Shown in pieces: positions 19,301-28,188 of a stretch of DNA of 64,000 bases. This stretch comes from an uncultured candidate division Zixibacteria bacterium (GTDB taxonomy: Bacteria > Zixibacteria > MSB-5A5 > GN15 > FEB-12): assembly GCA_963664195.1 (NCBI GenBank), contig OY760907.1, positions 1,440,001 through 1,504,000 of the forward strand. Direction: 5' to 3'. The notes beneath the pieces were generated by a model. It searched no databases. It worked only from the letters and a program-made list of their open reading frames with translations, and was not told the origin of the DNA. The position numbers and the translations under genes are program-made. Positions within the stretch are counted from its first letter, which is position 1. Each line of letters starts with the position of its first letter.

Positions 19301-21786
19301 CTGAAATCGACCTGCCGGTTTCGAAGGATTTCTTCCCGAACGCCTACGTATCAGCGACATTAGTTCGCCCGGCATCTCAGGTGACAGGTCACACACCTGC
19401 CCGCGCGTTTGGTATGGCACCGTTGATACTTACGGTCACCGAGAAGAGCCTCAAGCTAACGATCGACGCCCCCACGATCATCAAACCCGAAACAGATGTA
19501 ACGGTGAATATTCAAACCGGCTGGCCCGGCCATCCCGGCCAACCGGGCGTAGCCATGCTGACGGTTGCGGCGGTTGATGCCGGCATTCTTCAGTTGACTG
19601 ATTTTCAAACGCCGGACCCGCTCGACTTCTTTTACGGCAAAAGACGCCCGTTGCTGAAACCGTACGATATGTATTCGCTTGTGTATCCCGAAGTAGAACG
19701 CGCCGGAAGCCATCTGTCTCCCGGCGGCGGTGCTATGTTTGCTGAGGCACGCAAGCGACACCTTAACCCGATCACGGCGGTGCGCGTGAAACCGGTTGCT
19801 CTCTGGTCAGGTTTGGTCGAGACGGACAAGACCGGCGCAGTATCAATCCCGTTCCATGTCCCGCAATTCAATGGCAAGCTGGTGCTCATGGCGGTCGCGG
19901 TGCAGGGGGACAGGTTTGGTTCGGCCTCCGGAGAGATGACCGTGCGTGATCGCATTGTCATTCAGGAAAGCTTCCCGCGCTTCACGGCACCCAACGATGA
20001 AATCGACGGCCTCGTGACGCTCTTCAATAACACCGGAGACTCTGCCGCAATAGACGTAACTCTGTCACTCAACGGCCCGGCAGAACTAATGACAAACGCG
20101 ACGCAGACGATCTTGATCGCCAACGGTGCAGAGGGTGTCGCGCGGTTCAAGATCAAGGCCGGTCTTGTCGTGGGCAAAACCGACTGTGTGATCACAGCCG
20201 TTGCCGGCGCCGATACCTCGCGAGTAACATTTGAACTGCCAAACCGGCCGGCCCAGCCATTGAAGACTGAATTCGGGTCGGGTGTTGTCACTGCCGACAG
20301 CGCAGTCGCGTTTGATCTTCCGGGCGATTGGGTCGAGGGCACCGACAAGTATATCCTGCGGACTTCATCGCTGGCGGCGGTTTCGTTTGCACGCAATATC
20401 CAGAGCCTTCTGCGGTATCCGTACGGGTGTGTGGAGCAGACTACCTCGCGATTGTTCCCGCTGCTGTACTTCAACGATCTCGCAAAGTTTGTTCAGGCTG
20501 ATCTGGCAGGTGGGGGCGGGCCGGACTATTTCATCCAGGAGGGCATCCTCAGGCTAAGCAGCATGGCACTTGCTGATGGCTCCTTTTCGTACTGGCCCGG
20601 AGGAGAGCGCAGGCATCACTGGTCCAGTGTGTACGCGTCGCATTTCCTTGTCGAGGCTCGCAAAGCGGGTTACCTGGTTGACGACGACCTCTACAAGAAG
20701 ACGCTGGAAAACGTCAAGAAGATCGCCGCCGGAAAGTCCAGTGACAACTACGACGAACCCCAGCGAATCTATGCCGCGTTTGTTCTGGCCAAAGCCGGCA
20801 AGCTCGACAACAAGATGGTGAACCGCCTCCGACGGCTTGACCCCGACGCCATCCCTGTCTACTCAAGATTCCAGATGGCGGGCGCGATAGCGATGACCGG
20901 CGATGGGGCCTACGCACGCTCACTTATCCCCGAGACAATCCAGCCGGATAACTTTGCACCCGAAACCGGTGGGAACTTCAATTCAGGCGTCAGAGCCAAC
21001 GCTATCCTGTTAGATGTTTTGCTCGAAATAGACCCGACAAACCCGGCTGCGCCGGTGTTGGCGAAATCACTCATGGATGACGCCCGGGTGGGGCGATGGT
21101 ACACCACTCAGGAGAACGCCTTTGCGCTCATGGCCCTCGGCAAGTTTTTCAAAGGGCGTGAGACGCCGGACTTCGTGGGGACGGTTATGATCGGCGGTGA
21201 GACGTTCGAGATCGACACGGCGTCGTTCAAACTCGATCGCAACGATCTTGGTGGCAAACGGGTAACGATTGCAATCGACGGCGCCGGTCCCTGTTTCTAC
21301 TACTGGCAGGCCAGCGGGGTTGGCGTGTCGCATGCTGTCGATGAGTTTGATCGGGGCATTGAGGTGCGTCGCGAGTATCTCACGGAGGACGGCGAACCGC
21401 TTGATCTGAACAACGTCACACTCGGGAGTCGTGTTATCTGTCGTGTGATGGCAAGGTCGCAGCAGAAGACCTTGCACAACGCGGTGATAAGCGATCTCAT
21501 CCCGGCGGGGTTGGAAATCGAGAACCCGCGATTGAAAACCTCGCCCGCACTGTCGTGGTTGAACACCACGGGACAGCAACCTGAGTACCAGGATATTCGG
21601 GATGACCGCCTGTTGTTGTTTGCGGATCTGCCCACGGGTCACGAGTTGGAATTCTACTACAGCCTGCGGGCAATCTCAGCCGGTGAGTTTGTGATCCCGC
21701 CGATTGCAGCTGAGTGCATGTACAACCCGTTGATCGCCGGGGCGGCGTCCTCAGGTAGAATGATCATTGTCCCGGTAGCGGAATAG
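16309..21786 (+). CDS. bacterial alpha-2-macroglobulin
   Basis: 1825 aa; DRDIFRPGE, VEEFMPDR, AAVDAGIL, thioester motif YPYGCVEQ, RDDR; adjacent pbpC. Confidence 0.95.
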   Translation: MSAFDLKHAPKFHGKNAASVVATIIALAVVLQISVLSSPPGPDLNVKVVSLKPDGSVDVGSNITVKFTKDMVPEDSLDKPLLNPPLVIEPPVQGIARWVERDILRFYPDSKLAPATDYKVRVESDSVFAHGNRINDDRTFEFHTAYLRVTDKWSYLAPEHGSPFANRVFVHLNFNSAVDLEQIIDKIEIVGVEDADKSSLDFEIRTELGVVGNKAAPLTGFSRSCEIFTEPIKTTTERQEYELRLKTGLECEDCGKSLQDEFRYAFTVEPRQRLEVRELNARQSGTTFGLELYLSTSVDVVDLEKYVSVEPQVDFTLRDGRYNLTLRGDFKPGQTYAVTVAEGAPAINGSILEREFSSRVTVPDLSPTVKFTASGQFLPRDGRGNIEIKTVNIDTLMLEVQQVFENNLVYALTNNVSSRYGYSTGDDSFGRRIHFKNYGLTYNKNDELLSTVNVRELIGDTTRGLFVVTARRKSQRWTSDSRQMMLSDIGISARMADDYLMVWAHSLEDTRPIKKATVSLISKNNQVLVEGKTDSRGIVIFDDLSDHTEGFEPYLITVRYKDDLSYLRFVDCLLPTNDFDVAGRPYLTDGYEAFVYFDRDIFRPGETAHIVSIVRAASGKMPGAFPYLLEIRDPQGRKFKTLRLTTDGSAMTATDTAIPSFAPTGRYTVTARIGEEYEIGRASFLVEEFMPDRIKVELETAKPAYVAGEVINITADAKFLFGPPAAAHRVTGTVTIEQDLFRPAGYSAYRFSTRNRQFAKSESRLQDAVLGQDGRHTYVHQLPARMTAPSSLKALLAVSVSEEGGRTVSAYRELAIHPYERYLGLKTNLEGYAKPGEQIAADIVGLDPKGVPVAIADAKAEFYRVIYNSVLKKDRRGYYRYVSERTRQLVDTATVNIPVEGASVSFIPDDYGQYEIDVTDASSGHQSTVSFYASGWGYAPWSMEEPDKIELGLDRESYEPGETARVQVRAPFAGTLLLTVERDQVLDIVTVDMEENTAEIDLPVSKDFFPNAYVSATLVRPASQVTGHTPARAFGMAPLILTVTEKSLKLTIDAPTIIKPETDVTVNIQTGWPGHPGQPGVAMLTVAAVDAGILQLTDFQTPDPLDFFYGKRRPLLKPYDMYSLVYPEVERAGSHLSPGGGAMFAEARKRHLNPITAVRVKPVALWSGLVETDKTGAVSIPFHVPQFNGKLVLMAVAVQGDRFGSASGEMTVRDRIVIQESFPRFTAPNDEIDGLVTLFNNTGDSAAIDVTLSLNGPAELMTNATQTILIANGAEGVARFKIKAGLVVGKTDCVITAVAGADTSRVTFELPNRPAQPLKTEFGSGVVTADSAVAFDLPGDWVEGTDKYILRTSSLAAVSFARNIQSLLRYPYGCVEQTTSRLFPLLYFNDLAKFVQADLAGGGGPDYFIQEGILRLSSMALADGSFSYWPGGERRHHWSSVYASHFLVEARKAGYLVDDDLYKKTLENVKKIAAGKSSDNYDEPQRIYAAFVLAKAGKLDNKMVNRLRRLDPDAIPVYSRFQMAGAIAMTGDGAYARSLIPETIQPDNFAPETGGNFNSGVRANAILLDVLLEIDPTNPAAPVLAKSLMDDARVGRWYTTQENAFALMALGKFFKGRETPDFVGTVMIGGETFEIDTASFKLDRNDLGGKRVTIAIDGAGPCFYYWQASGVGVSHAVDEFDRGIEVRREYLTEDGEPLDLNNVTLGSRVICRVMARSQQKTLHNAVISDLIPAGLEIENPRLKTSPALSWLNTTGQQPEYQDIRDDRLLLFADLPTGHELEFYYSLRAISAGEFVIPPIAAECMYNPLIAGAASSGRMIIVPVAE

Positions 21787-21806
21787 TCAGAACTGAAGCG
21801 GAAGAA

Positions 21807-24125
21807 ATGAAAACGCGACTGCGCAAAACACTCACACGTCTCAGCACGGTGCTGATCGGGTCTATCCTGATCGGCCTCGTGCTGGATTGGTTTGTTTTTC
21901 CGTTGCCGTACGATTCTCTCACACGATCTCACGCGCAGTTGGTGTACAACCGCGACGGCCATCTCATGGGCGCGTTTACCTCGCCCGACCGCTATTGGCG
22001 CTTGCCGGTGAAGTTCGATCAGATTTCGCCCTTGTTGCAAGAGACCGTGATTGCGTGCGAGGATCAATGGTTCTATTACCATCCCGGTTTCAACCCGGTG
22101 TCTCTGATATCGGCGGCGATTTCGAATCTACAAGCGGGCGAGATCGTTCGAGGAGGTTCGACAATCACCATGCAGATTGCCCGCATGATCGAACCCAAAC
22201 CGCGCACGATCAAAAACAAGCTGATCGAAATCTGTCGTGCGGTGCAGCTTGAGTTACACTTCTCCAAGAACGAATTGCTTGAGACCTATTTCAATCTCGC
22301 GCCTTACGGCGGCAACATGGAAGGGGTCGGAGCAGCCGCGCTGTTCTATTTCGACAAGTCCCCCGACGAGCTGTCCCTTTCGGAGTGTGCGATCCTCGCA
22401 GCAATCCCCGTGTCTCCCTCGCGCTTCAGGCCCGACAAGGACATGACGAATTGCCGTAACAGGCGGGATCGGGTGTTGGCGTACCTACGGGACAGTGAGA
22501 GGATTACGACGGACGACTACGAGCAGGCACTGGCGGAGGAAATCCCGACCGAACGTCTAATGGTGCCAACCATTGCGCCGCATTTCTGCCAGGCGCTCGG
22601 CGTGTCTTATCCTGATAGCGTGAGGTTGGTGTCGACCGTTGATTTCGAGATGCAGGCGACTGCCGAACGGCTTGCTGATTTGCATCATTCACGGCTCACT
22701 CAGAAAGGGATTCACAATCTTTCGATTGTCGTGCTTGACAATGCCACGGGCGATATCCTTGCCATGGTCGGCTCGCCGGATTGGCACGATCTCAAACATC
22801 ACGGTCAGATCAACGGTGCTCTGGCCGCCCGTTCGCCGGGGTCGACCCTCAAGCCGTTTGCGTATGCGCTGGCGCTGGACAGCGGTCTGGTTTCGCCGGA
22901 ATATCGTCTGGCTGACATTCCGGTCAACTACTCGGGTTACTCGCCGGAGAATTACGACGAGCAATATCACGGCGTCGTGTCGGTACGTGAGGCGCTGATC
23001 AATTCGTACAATGTTCCGGCGGTGAATGTGACGGCCAAGGTCGGCCTTGAACCGTTCTACAAACTGCTGAAGAGCGGTGGGCTTTCGACTCTCGATAAGA
23101 AGTACTACGAATACGGGTTGCCGCTGGTTTTGGGTGGGTGCGAGGTCACACTCGTTGACCTGACGAATCTGTACTCATCGCTCGCACGGGGCGGTCAATA
23201 TGCTGAGTGCTCATGGTTGCGGGATCACAAAGAGCCTGCGAGGCAGAGCCTGCTCTCAGAAGAAGCGAGCTTCCTGATTTCAGAAATCCTCCTCGACCTC
23301 AAACGGCCCGATCTTCCGACAAGCTGGGAGTTCACCGCTGATCTTCCCCGTGTGGCCTGGAAGACGGGCACGTCGTACGGTCGCAAGGATGCCTGGACAA
23401 TCGGATACAATCCAAAATACACCGTAGGCGTCTGGGCGGGGAACTTCTCCGGCGAGGGATCGATTGACATTGTCGGGGCTGGAATTGCTGCGCCGCTCAT
23501 GTTTGATATCTTTAACGAGATTTCCTCTGAGACAGATGACGGTTGGTTTGAGATGCCGTCAGGAGTCGAGACTCGTCGTGTGTGTGCGGTCAGCGGAAAA
23601 CTTCCGGGCGTTCATTGCCACGAGACTGTTCTCGAACATTTCATCGCGGAGAAGTCGCCGACCGAGATGTGTGACATTCACCAGATGATTCTTGTCGACA
23701 ACGTGACCGGTTACCGCCTGTGCCGATTCTGCGCTCACGGTGCCGACTACTCAGAGGTCACACGCGAGCAATGGCCGGCGAAACTGGCGTCATGGTTGAA
23801 CGAGTCGGGCAGGTTCGATCCGGTTCCGGCACACAACCCCGACTGCCCGGGTTATCTCATCGCTGACAACCCGGTGATAACGTCACCTGAGAAAGACGCG
23901 GTGTTTGTGTTGCGGGAGGGAGTGCCCTCAGAGTACCAGAAGATACTGCTTGAAGCTTCCGCGCCGGGCGGGTGTCGAGAGATGCACTGGTTTGTCGACC
24001 GGAAGTTGTACGAGACTTGCGAACCGGGAGCGCGAGTTTTTTATACGCCTTCGAAAGGCAAACACGATCTGATGTGCCTTGATGATCAGGGCCGTTCCCA
24101 GACGGTCTCGTTTGAGGTGCGGTGA
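21807..24125 (+). CDS. pbpC: penicillin-binding protein 1C
   Basis: EDQWFYYHPG, GGSTITMQ, GSTLKPF (SxxK), SYN, KTGTSYG; follows alpha-2-macroglobulin as is usual. Confidence 0.93.
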   Translation: MKTRLRKTLTRLSTVLIGSILIGLVLDWFVFPLPYDSLTRSHAQLVYNRDGHLMGAFTSPDRYWRLPVKFDQISPLLQETVIACEDQWFYYHPGFNPVSLISAAISNLQAGEIVRGGSTITMQIARMIEPKPRTIKNKLIEICRAVQLELHFSKNELLETYFNLAPYGGNMEGVGAAALFYFDKSPDELSLSECAILAAIPVSPSRFRPDKDMTNCRNRRDRVLAYLRDSERITTDDYEQALAEEIPTERLMVPTIAPHFCQALGVSYPDSVRLVSTVDFEMQATAERLADLHHSRLTQKGIHNLSIVVLDNATGDILAMVGSPDWHDLKHHGQINGALAARSPGSTLKPFAYALALDSGLVSPEYRLADIPVNYSGYSPENYDEQYHGVVSVREALINSYNVPAVNVTAKVGLEPFYKLLKSGGLSTLDKKYYEYGLPLVLGGCEVTLVDLTNLYSSLARGGQYAECSWLRDHKEPARQSLLSEEASFLISEILLDLKRPDLPTSWEFTADLPRVAWKTGTSYGRKDAWTIGYNPKYTVGVWAGNFSGEGSIDIVGAGIAAPLMFDIFNEISSETDDGWFEMPSGVETRRVCAVSGKLPGVHCHETVLEHFIAEKSPTEMCDIHQMILVDNVTGYRLCRFCAHGADYSEVTREQWPAKLASWLNESGRFDPVPAHNPDCPGYLIADNPVITSPEKDAVFVLREGVPSEYQKILLEASAPGGCREMHWFVDRKLYETCEPGARVFYTPSKGKHDLMCLDDQGRSQTVSFEVR

Positions 24126-24146
24126 GTTGTGCCGTGCACCGAGGCT

Positions 24147-24355
24147 GGGTGGCCCCTTCAAACTTGTCTGGAGGGGGCTTGAATCCGGGCCAAACAAGCT
24201 TGACCCGGCCACCCGTCGTTTGAAGTGCGATAGTTCTTCGTAGCGAAGGTCTGTCTTCGGTTATCATTGTAGGTCAGGCCTGTCTTCTGGCCTGACGGTA
24301 AGGAGAGTCCGCTGGAGGCGGACGTTGGCAGGTTTGCAGACAAACCTTCCTTACG
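24147..24355. repeat. cluster of REP-like hairpins; a ~41-bp unit at about 24178-24218 recurs at about 26018-26058; GTAG REP at 24269-24296 has an inverted relative at 52194-52221
   Basis: CTTGAATCCGGGCCAAACAAGYTTGACCCGGCCACCCGTCG occurs twice; GTAGGTCAGGCC..GGCCTGAC. Confidence 0.7.
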
Positions 24356-24371
24356 GATCTGAGGACCTCAG

Positions 24372-24743
24372 TCAGCCACTGATAACGTTATCCAGATCCA
24401 CCACTGCCCTCTCAAGCGTTCGGCTGACCACCGTTGTCTGGTCAATCTTGACCACCACATCCGCTACTTCAGCCGTCTCATACTCCACACTCGACATCTT
24501 GACCGTGTATACGCCGGGTGGAACCCCCTCAATGGTGTATTGACCGTCAAGATCAGTCATCGCACCTAGCTGCGTCCCCGGAAGCATGACGGTCGCGCCG
24601 ATTACAGGCTCGCCGGTCTCTTTGTCGGTTATCAGCCCCGCTATCTGTCCGGAGGGTGGTGCTTTGAACGGCGGGCCGCAACCGATCGCACAGATAACAA
24701 TGGCCATGAAGATGATGAACGTAGTGACGTGTTGTGATCGCAT
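24372..24743 (-). CDS. lipoprotein with one carboxypeptidase-regulatory-like domain
   Basis: Lipobox AIGC; G.I.G.I.DKETGEPVIGATV..GT..G..TD.DG.Y.I..VPPG.Y; GGAGG RBS. Confidence 0.8.
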   Translation of the reverse strand: MRSQHVTTFIIFMAIVICAIGCGPPFKAPPSGQIAGLITDKETGEPVIGATVMLPGTQLGAMTDLDGQYTIEGVPPGVYTVKMSSVEYETAEVADVVVKIDQTTVVSRTLERAVVDLDNVISG

Positions 24744-24985
24744 GCCTTACCTCCCAATCTGGATGCTGCGGCGGGTTTCATCAGAGTGAACCGATATAAT
24801 AAGGGACGAATGGGGCGGCAATCTGTTTGATTGACGAGGTCGCGCAGTCCCGCAGGCTGGGGCAGATTATCATCTGCCGCCCACAGTGGGTTGATGCTGC
24901 GTACTTGCGTGGGCGGCACACGATTCTTCCCACCGGACGTTACACTTCGTTCCGCTCCGGGCGGGGTACCGAAGGCGGGGTGATT

Positions 24986-25681
24986 TTAGCGTTGGAGAGG
25001 TACCTTCCTTAGGGCCAGATCAACTGTGATCGTTGCGGTCCGCTCAATCTTCACATCGGCCAGTTCTGCTGTCAGGTATCCTGAAGCTACGAATCGCAAT
25101 GTATGCACTCCGGAAGGAACTTGGCCAATGACGTAGTTGCCTGTCTGATCGGTCGATCTCCCGATTTCCTCGTCGACTAAGTATGCAATGGCCCCCACAA
25201 TCGGCTCCCCAGTCTCCACATCTGTAACCGTCCCCTTGATCTGACCGAACAGAGAGTCCGGCTCCAGGATCGGCCACCGGTGCTCCGGTATGCGTATCTC
25301 ACCCGGTGGATCAATGTACGGATGACCTCTGCGTCTTGGCGGTGGCTTCTTCAATGTCTGATCAATTCTGATTGTCTTGCCTCGCATGACCTTCACGTCC
25401 TCCAGTTGGACCGTACGATACTCCACAGCCGACATCCGCACTGCATAGACCCCAGGAGGTACTTCTTCGATTGCGTAGTGACCCTTGAGATCAGACGCCC
25501 AACCCTTCTTGGTATCGACAACCATGATGGTTGCCCCGACAATCGGATCACCGGTTTCGTTATCTGTAATCGTTCCTTCAATCTGTCCGTAGGGACTATC
25601 GGTCTTCGGCGGGCCGCAACCGATCGCACAGATAACAATGGCCATGAAGATGATGAACGTAGTGACGTGTTCTGATCGCAT
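24986..25681 (-). CDS. lipoprotein with two carboxypeptidase-regulatory-like domains
   Basis: Near-identical signal peptide to 24372-24743; two GQI.GT..D.ETG.PIVGA domains. Confidence 0.82.
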   Translation of the reverse strand: MRSEHVTTFIIFMAIVICAIGCGPPKTDSPYGQIEGTITDNETGDPIVGATIMVVDTKKGWASDLKGHYAIEEVPPGVYAVRMSAVEYRTVQLEDVKVMRGKTIRIDQTLKKPPPRRRGHPYIDPPGEIRIPEHRWPILEPDSLFGQIKGTVTDVETGEPIVGAIAYLVDEEIGRSTDQTGNYVIGQVPSGVHTLRFVASGYLTAELADVKIERTATITVDLALRKVPLQR

Positions 25682-25769
25682 GCCTTACCTCCCAATCCGG
25701 ATGCTGCGGCGGGTTTCATCAGAGTGATGCAATATAGCAAAGGACGAATGGCAGGACAATCTGTTTGAT
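25607..25769. repeat. ~160-bp direct duplication (with 24669-24831) covering upstream region, RBS and signal-peptide codons
   Basis: Almost identical over the signal-peptide and RBS segment, more divergent further upstream. Confidence 0.9.
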
Positions 25770-25791
25770 CGGGGGAATCTAGTCGGTCTGC

Positions 25792-25878
25792 CAATCAAGT
25801 CAGACTGAGCTTGTCGAAGTCTGCATCACTTGATTGGTCTAAGGATAGGGTCCACACTTCGACAGGCTCAGTGTGACT
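25792..25878 (-). repeat. inverted copy of the GTCACACTGAGCCTGTCGAAG..CTTCGACAGGCTCAG palindromic element family (see 49481, 50472)
   Basis: CAATCAAGTCAGACTGAGCTTGTCGAAG..CTTCGACAGGCTCAGTGTGACT; partial copy at about 26177-26197. Confidence 0.8.
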
Positions 25879-26232
25879 CACTGGTAGTACTTGTAGGGCG
25901 AAACCCTTTAGCGGTTCCGCCGGAAAGAGAGTCCGCCGCAGGCGGACGATGGCAGAACCGCTCTGTGTGTTTGTTCTAACGGGCCAGTGCGTCTATTCGG
26001 GTTCTGCCCTACAAAGACTTGAATCCGGGCCAAACAAGTTTGACCCGGCCACCCGTCGAAGAGACCTGAGCCAGGATGTTTGCCCTACAAGTACAAGACT
26101 CCAGATCGAGATTGTGTCGTTGTGCGATGGGAGTCGTCAGACGGGGTCGTCTGACGACACAGACAAGGGGAATAAGGTCCACACTTCGACAAGCTCACAG
26201 GCTTGCCTGGTTGCGTGACTTTCCGGCAATAT

Positions 26233-26264
26233 AAAAGGCCGGGCATTTCGTGGATGCCCGGCCC
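26233..26264 (-). terminator. intrinsic terminator
   Basis: Minus strand GGCCGGGCAT-CCACGAA-ATGCCCGGCC followed by TTTT. Confidence 0.7.
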
Positions 26265-26561
26265 CCTTGGAAGGAGTGATTTCGAAGCCGTGACTAGCGG
26301 TTCAAAATCCTTTTCGATCATCGCTCAGCAAGTTGCTCGCTGAACCGATCTGCTTTTGTGATCAACCCCATCAGTTCCAAAACGTCCGGATCGCTGGAGT
26401 CGATATATATCTGTCTCCACCGCATTCCGGATCTTGCGGTTGTTCTGTCACCGAGGGGAGTACTGTATACAAGACGGATGGTGCGACGATTTGTGCGATA
26501 ACTTCCCGGTAGTCAGAATGAGCGAGTTCAGGATATCAGGTGTCAATTGTAACGGCTGTAT

Positions 26562-26891
26562 TCAGCTTGCGAAGACTTGCTCTGAAAACTGATCTTCAAG
26601 CTCTTCGCGCTCAGCCCGCCAGGCCGCGGCGAATCTGCTAAGCCAATCCTTTACGGCATCGTTGCCGAGGTCCCGGCCGGCTTTCTCGGATTCGATCCAT
26701 TTATGTCTGAGGATTTCCTGGCGTTGTTGGGCCATCTCTTCTTTGAGTCGTTTGCGACGCCATCTGGTTGCCTGAGTTTGTTCCCAGCTCTCAGCGGCGT
26801 GGACGAGCGTAACCTCGATACCTTCGCGTTCCTTGAGAAAGGCGCGGTATGTGCGGATCGCTTTCATTTCTGCTGTCGAATACTTTTTCAT
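26562..26891 (-). CDS. small helical protein with two DUF4032-like repeats
   Basis: EILRHKWIESEKAGRDLG..AVKDW resembles the DUF4032 motif; the first half aligns to it (I..Y....EREG.EV....A..SW....A..WR). Confidence 0.65.
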   Translation of the reverse strand: MKKYSTAEMKAIRTYRAFLKEREGIEVTLVHAAESWEQTQATRWRRKRLKEEMAQQRQEILRHKWIESEKAGRDLGNDAVKDWLSRFAAAWRAEREELEDQFSEQVFAS

Positions 26892-27029
26892 CCGTGGATC
26901 TTCGTGCAATAGCCTTGTTTCAAAGTTTATCGAGTTCAATGAAACACCGCCCTGTTGCTCTGTGATGAAGATAGTGCAAAAAAGGAAAAAAGCAAAAAAT
27001 AAACCCTGCGATATCTGAAGACCTGACGT

Positions 27030-27730
27030 GTTGTCGGTGCGATCATACCGCCGGGTTCTGTTGCCCAGCATCCTGAAGTCGAGCGCGAAGTCTTCCTTGA
27101 GCCGGCATCCCCGGCTTTTTGGACCCGGCGGCAGAGGTTGTCATTCACGGCTGTCGGTGCGCTTCTGCCGCCGGTTCTTTTGGCCCAAACTGTTGCCCTG
27201 TGATTTGTCGTGTGCTCTGCTTCAGTTTCCGGAGTTCGGCGGCCTCTGCTGTCCCTGCGAGTAGCGAGTGTGACTCGACCGCCGGTCCCGTTGACCAACC
27301 CTGTTGTCCTTAACTCCGGTCCCTTGTGTGTGCTCTTGTTGGTTGGACCGCGGCCGCTGCTGTCCCAGCGAGTAGCGAGTGCGACTCGGCCGACGGTCCT
27401 TCTGTCCCAACTGTGCGCCCTCTTCACGTCAATTTTCGGAGCCCGGCGACCTCTGCTGTCCCTGCCAGAAGTTTGTGCTTCCGTGTCGCCGGTCTTGCTG
27501 TTCCTGCCCTGTGTGCAATGCTCCGTGCCCATCCCTGAGCTTGTTTTAGTAATCCGGCGGCCTCCGCTGTCCCTGCGAGTAGCGTCTGCTAATCCGCCGC
27601 CGGACACTCCGTATCGGCCTCTTGATGTCGTGCGTGTTGTCGATCTCAAGCCGAGGCCCCCTTTGCTATTCTGGAGTCTCCGGTGATGCCTAGTGTCGAG
27701 ACATGGTGTAGGTGTGCTCGCACCACCGGG
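27030..27730 (-). repeat. array of seven degenerate ~96-126-nt hairpin units, probable structured ncRNA (strand inferred)
   Basis: CCGCCGG-like arm at 27048, 27168, 27279, 27390, 27486, 27597, 27723; core GCTGTCCCWGC at 27248, 27359, 27455, 27566; stems keep pairing despite sequence changes. Confidence 0.75.
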
Positions 27731-28188
27731 TGCTCCAAACAGTCTTTCGTGATGTCTTGCTAGTCGCTTTGCCCCTGACTGTAGTGCCAATAATCGGTGT
27801 TTATGACGTTTCGTCAATGAGGCTTAATTGCGTAGACAATACGTACCGCTCCTCCTGGCGGTCTCAGCCCCGATGGGCAGTAGTGGGTATGTGTCCGTAA
27901 GCAATTCAGGGTAAACGTGTTAGCCGGGGTCGCGAATGAGTATAAGACGGGTGATTATGGGGTAGGTTGCGGTACTATGACGGATACTGTCCCGGATAAA
28001 GTGGACCGCGCCGGATCATGCTCACGATTGCAGAAGTCAGACCGTTGAATTTTCTTACGTACCTGCAGTTTTCAACACTTCGGAAAACCCCGAAAAACAG
28101 TTTGATTTGCCCCGAAACAGGCTTCTGGCAGGCAGCACAGATTCCGTGGCTTCCGGTGCGGGGCGAGCTGGCCGCTTTTTACAATTCG

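Noticed and set aside
24669..25769. Diversity-generating retroelement template/variable repeat pair
   Set aside because: Differences are not adenine-specific, the repeat covers leader and signal peptide rather than a C-terminal variable region, and no reverse transcriptase is present
26892..27071. N-terminal extensions in the ORF track (also 74-202, 28107-28361, 36741-36911, 42264-42539)
   Set aside because: They overlap promoters, terminators or other genes; downstream ATGs fit RBS, signal peptide or homology better
27030..27730. CRISPR array interpretation of the repeat region
   Set aside because: Repeats are degenerate, ~50-nt structured units with a 96-126 nt period; no cas genes in the window
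27201..27750. Selenocysteine or TGA read-through protein on the plus strand of the array
   Set aside because: The product has no recognisable features, and no start signal or SECIS-like element could be supported
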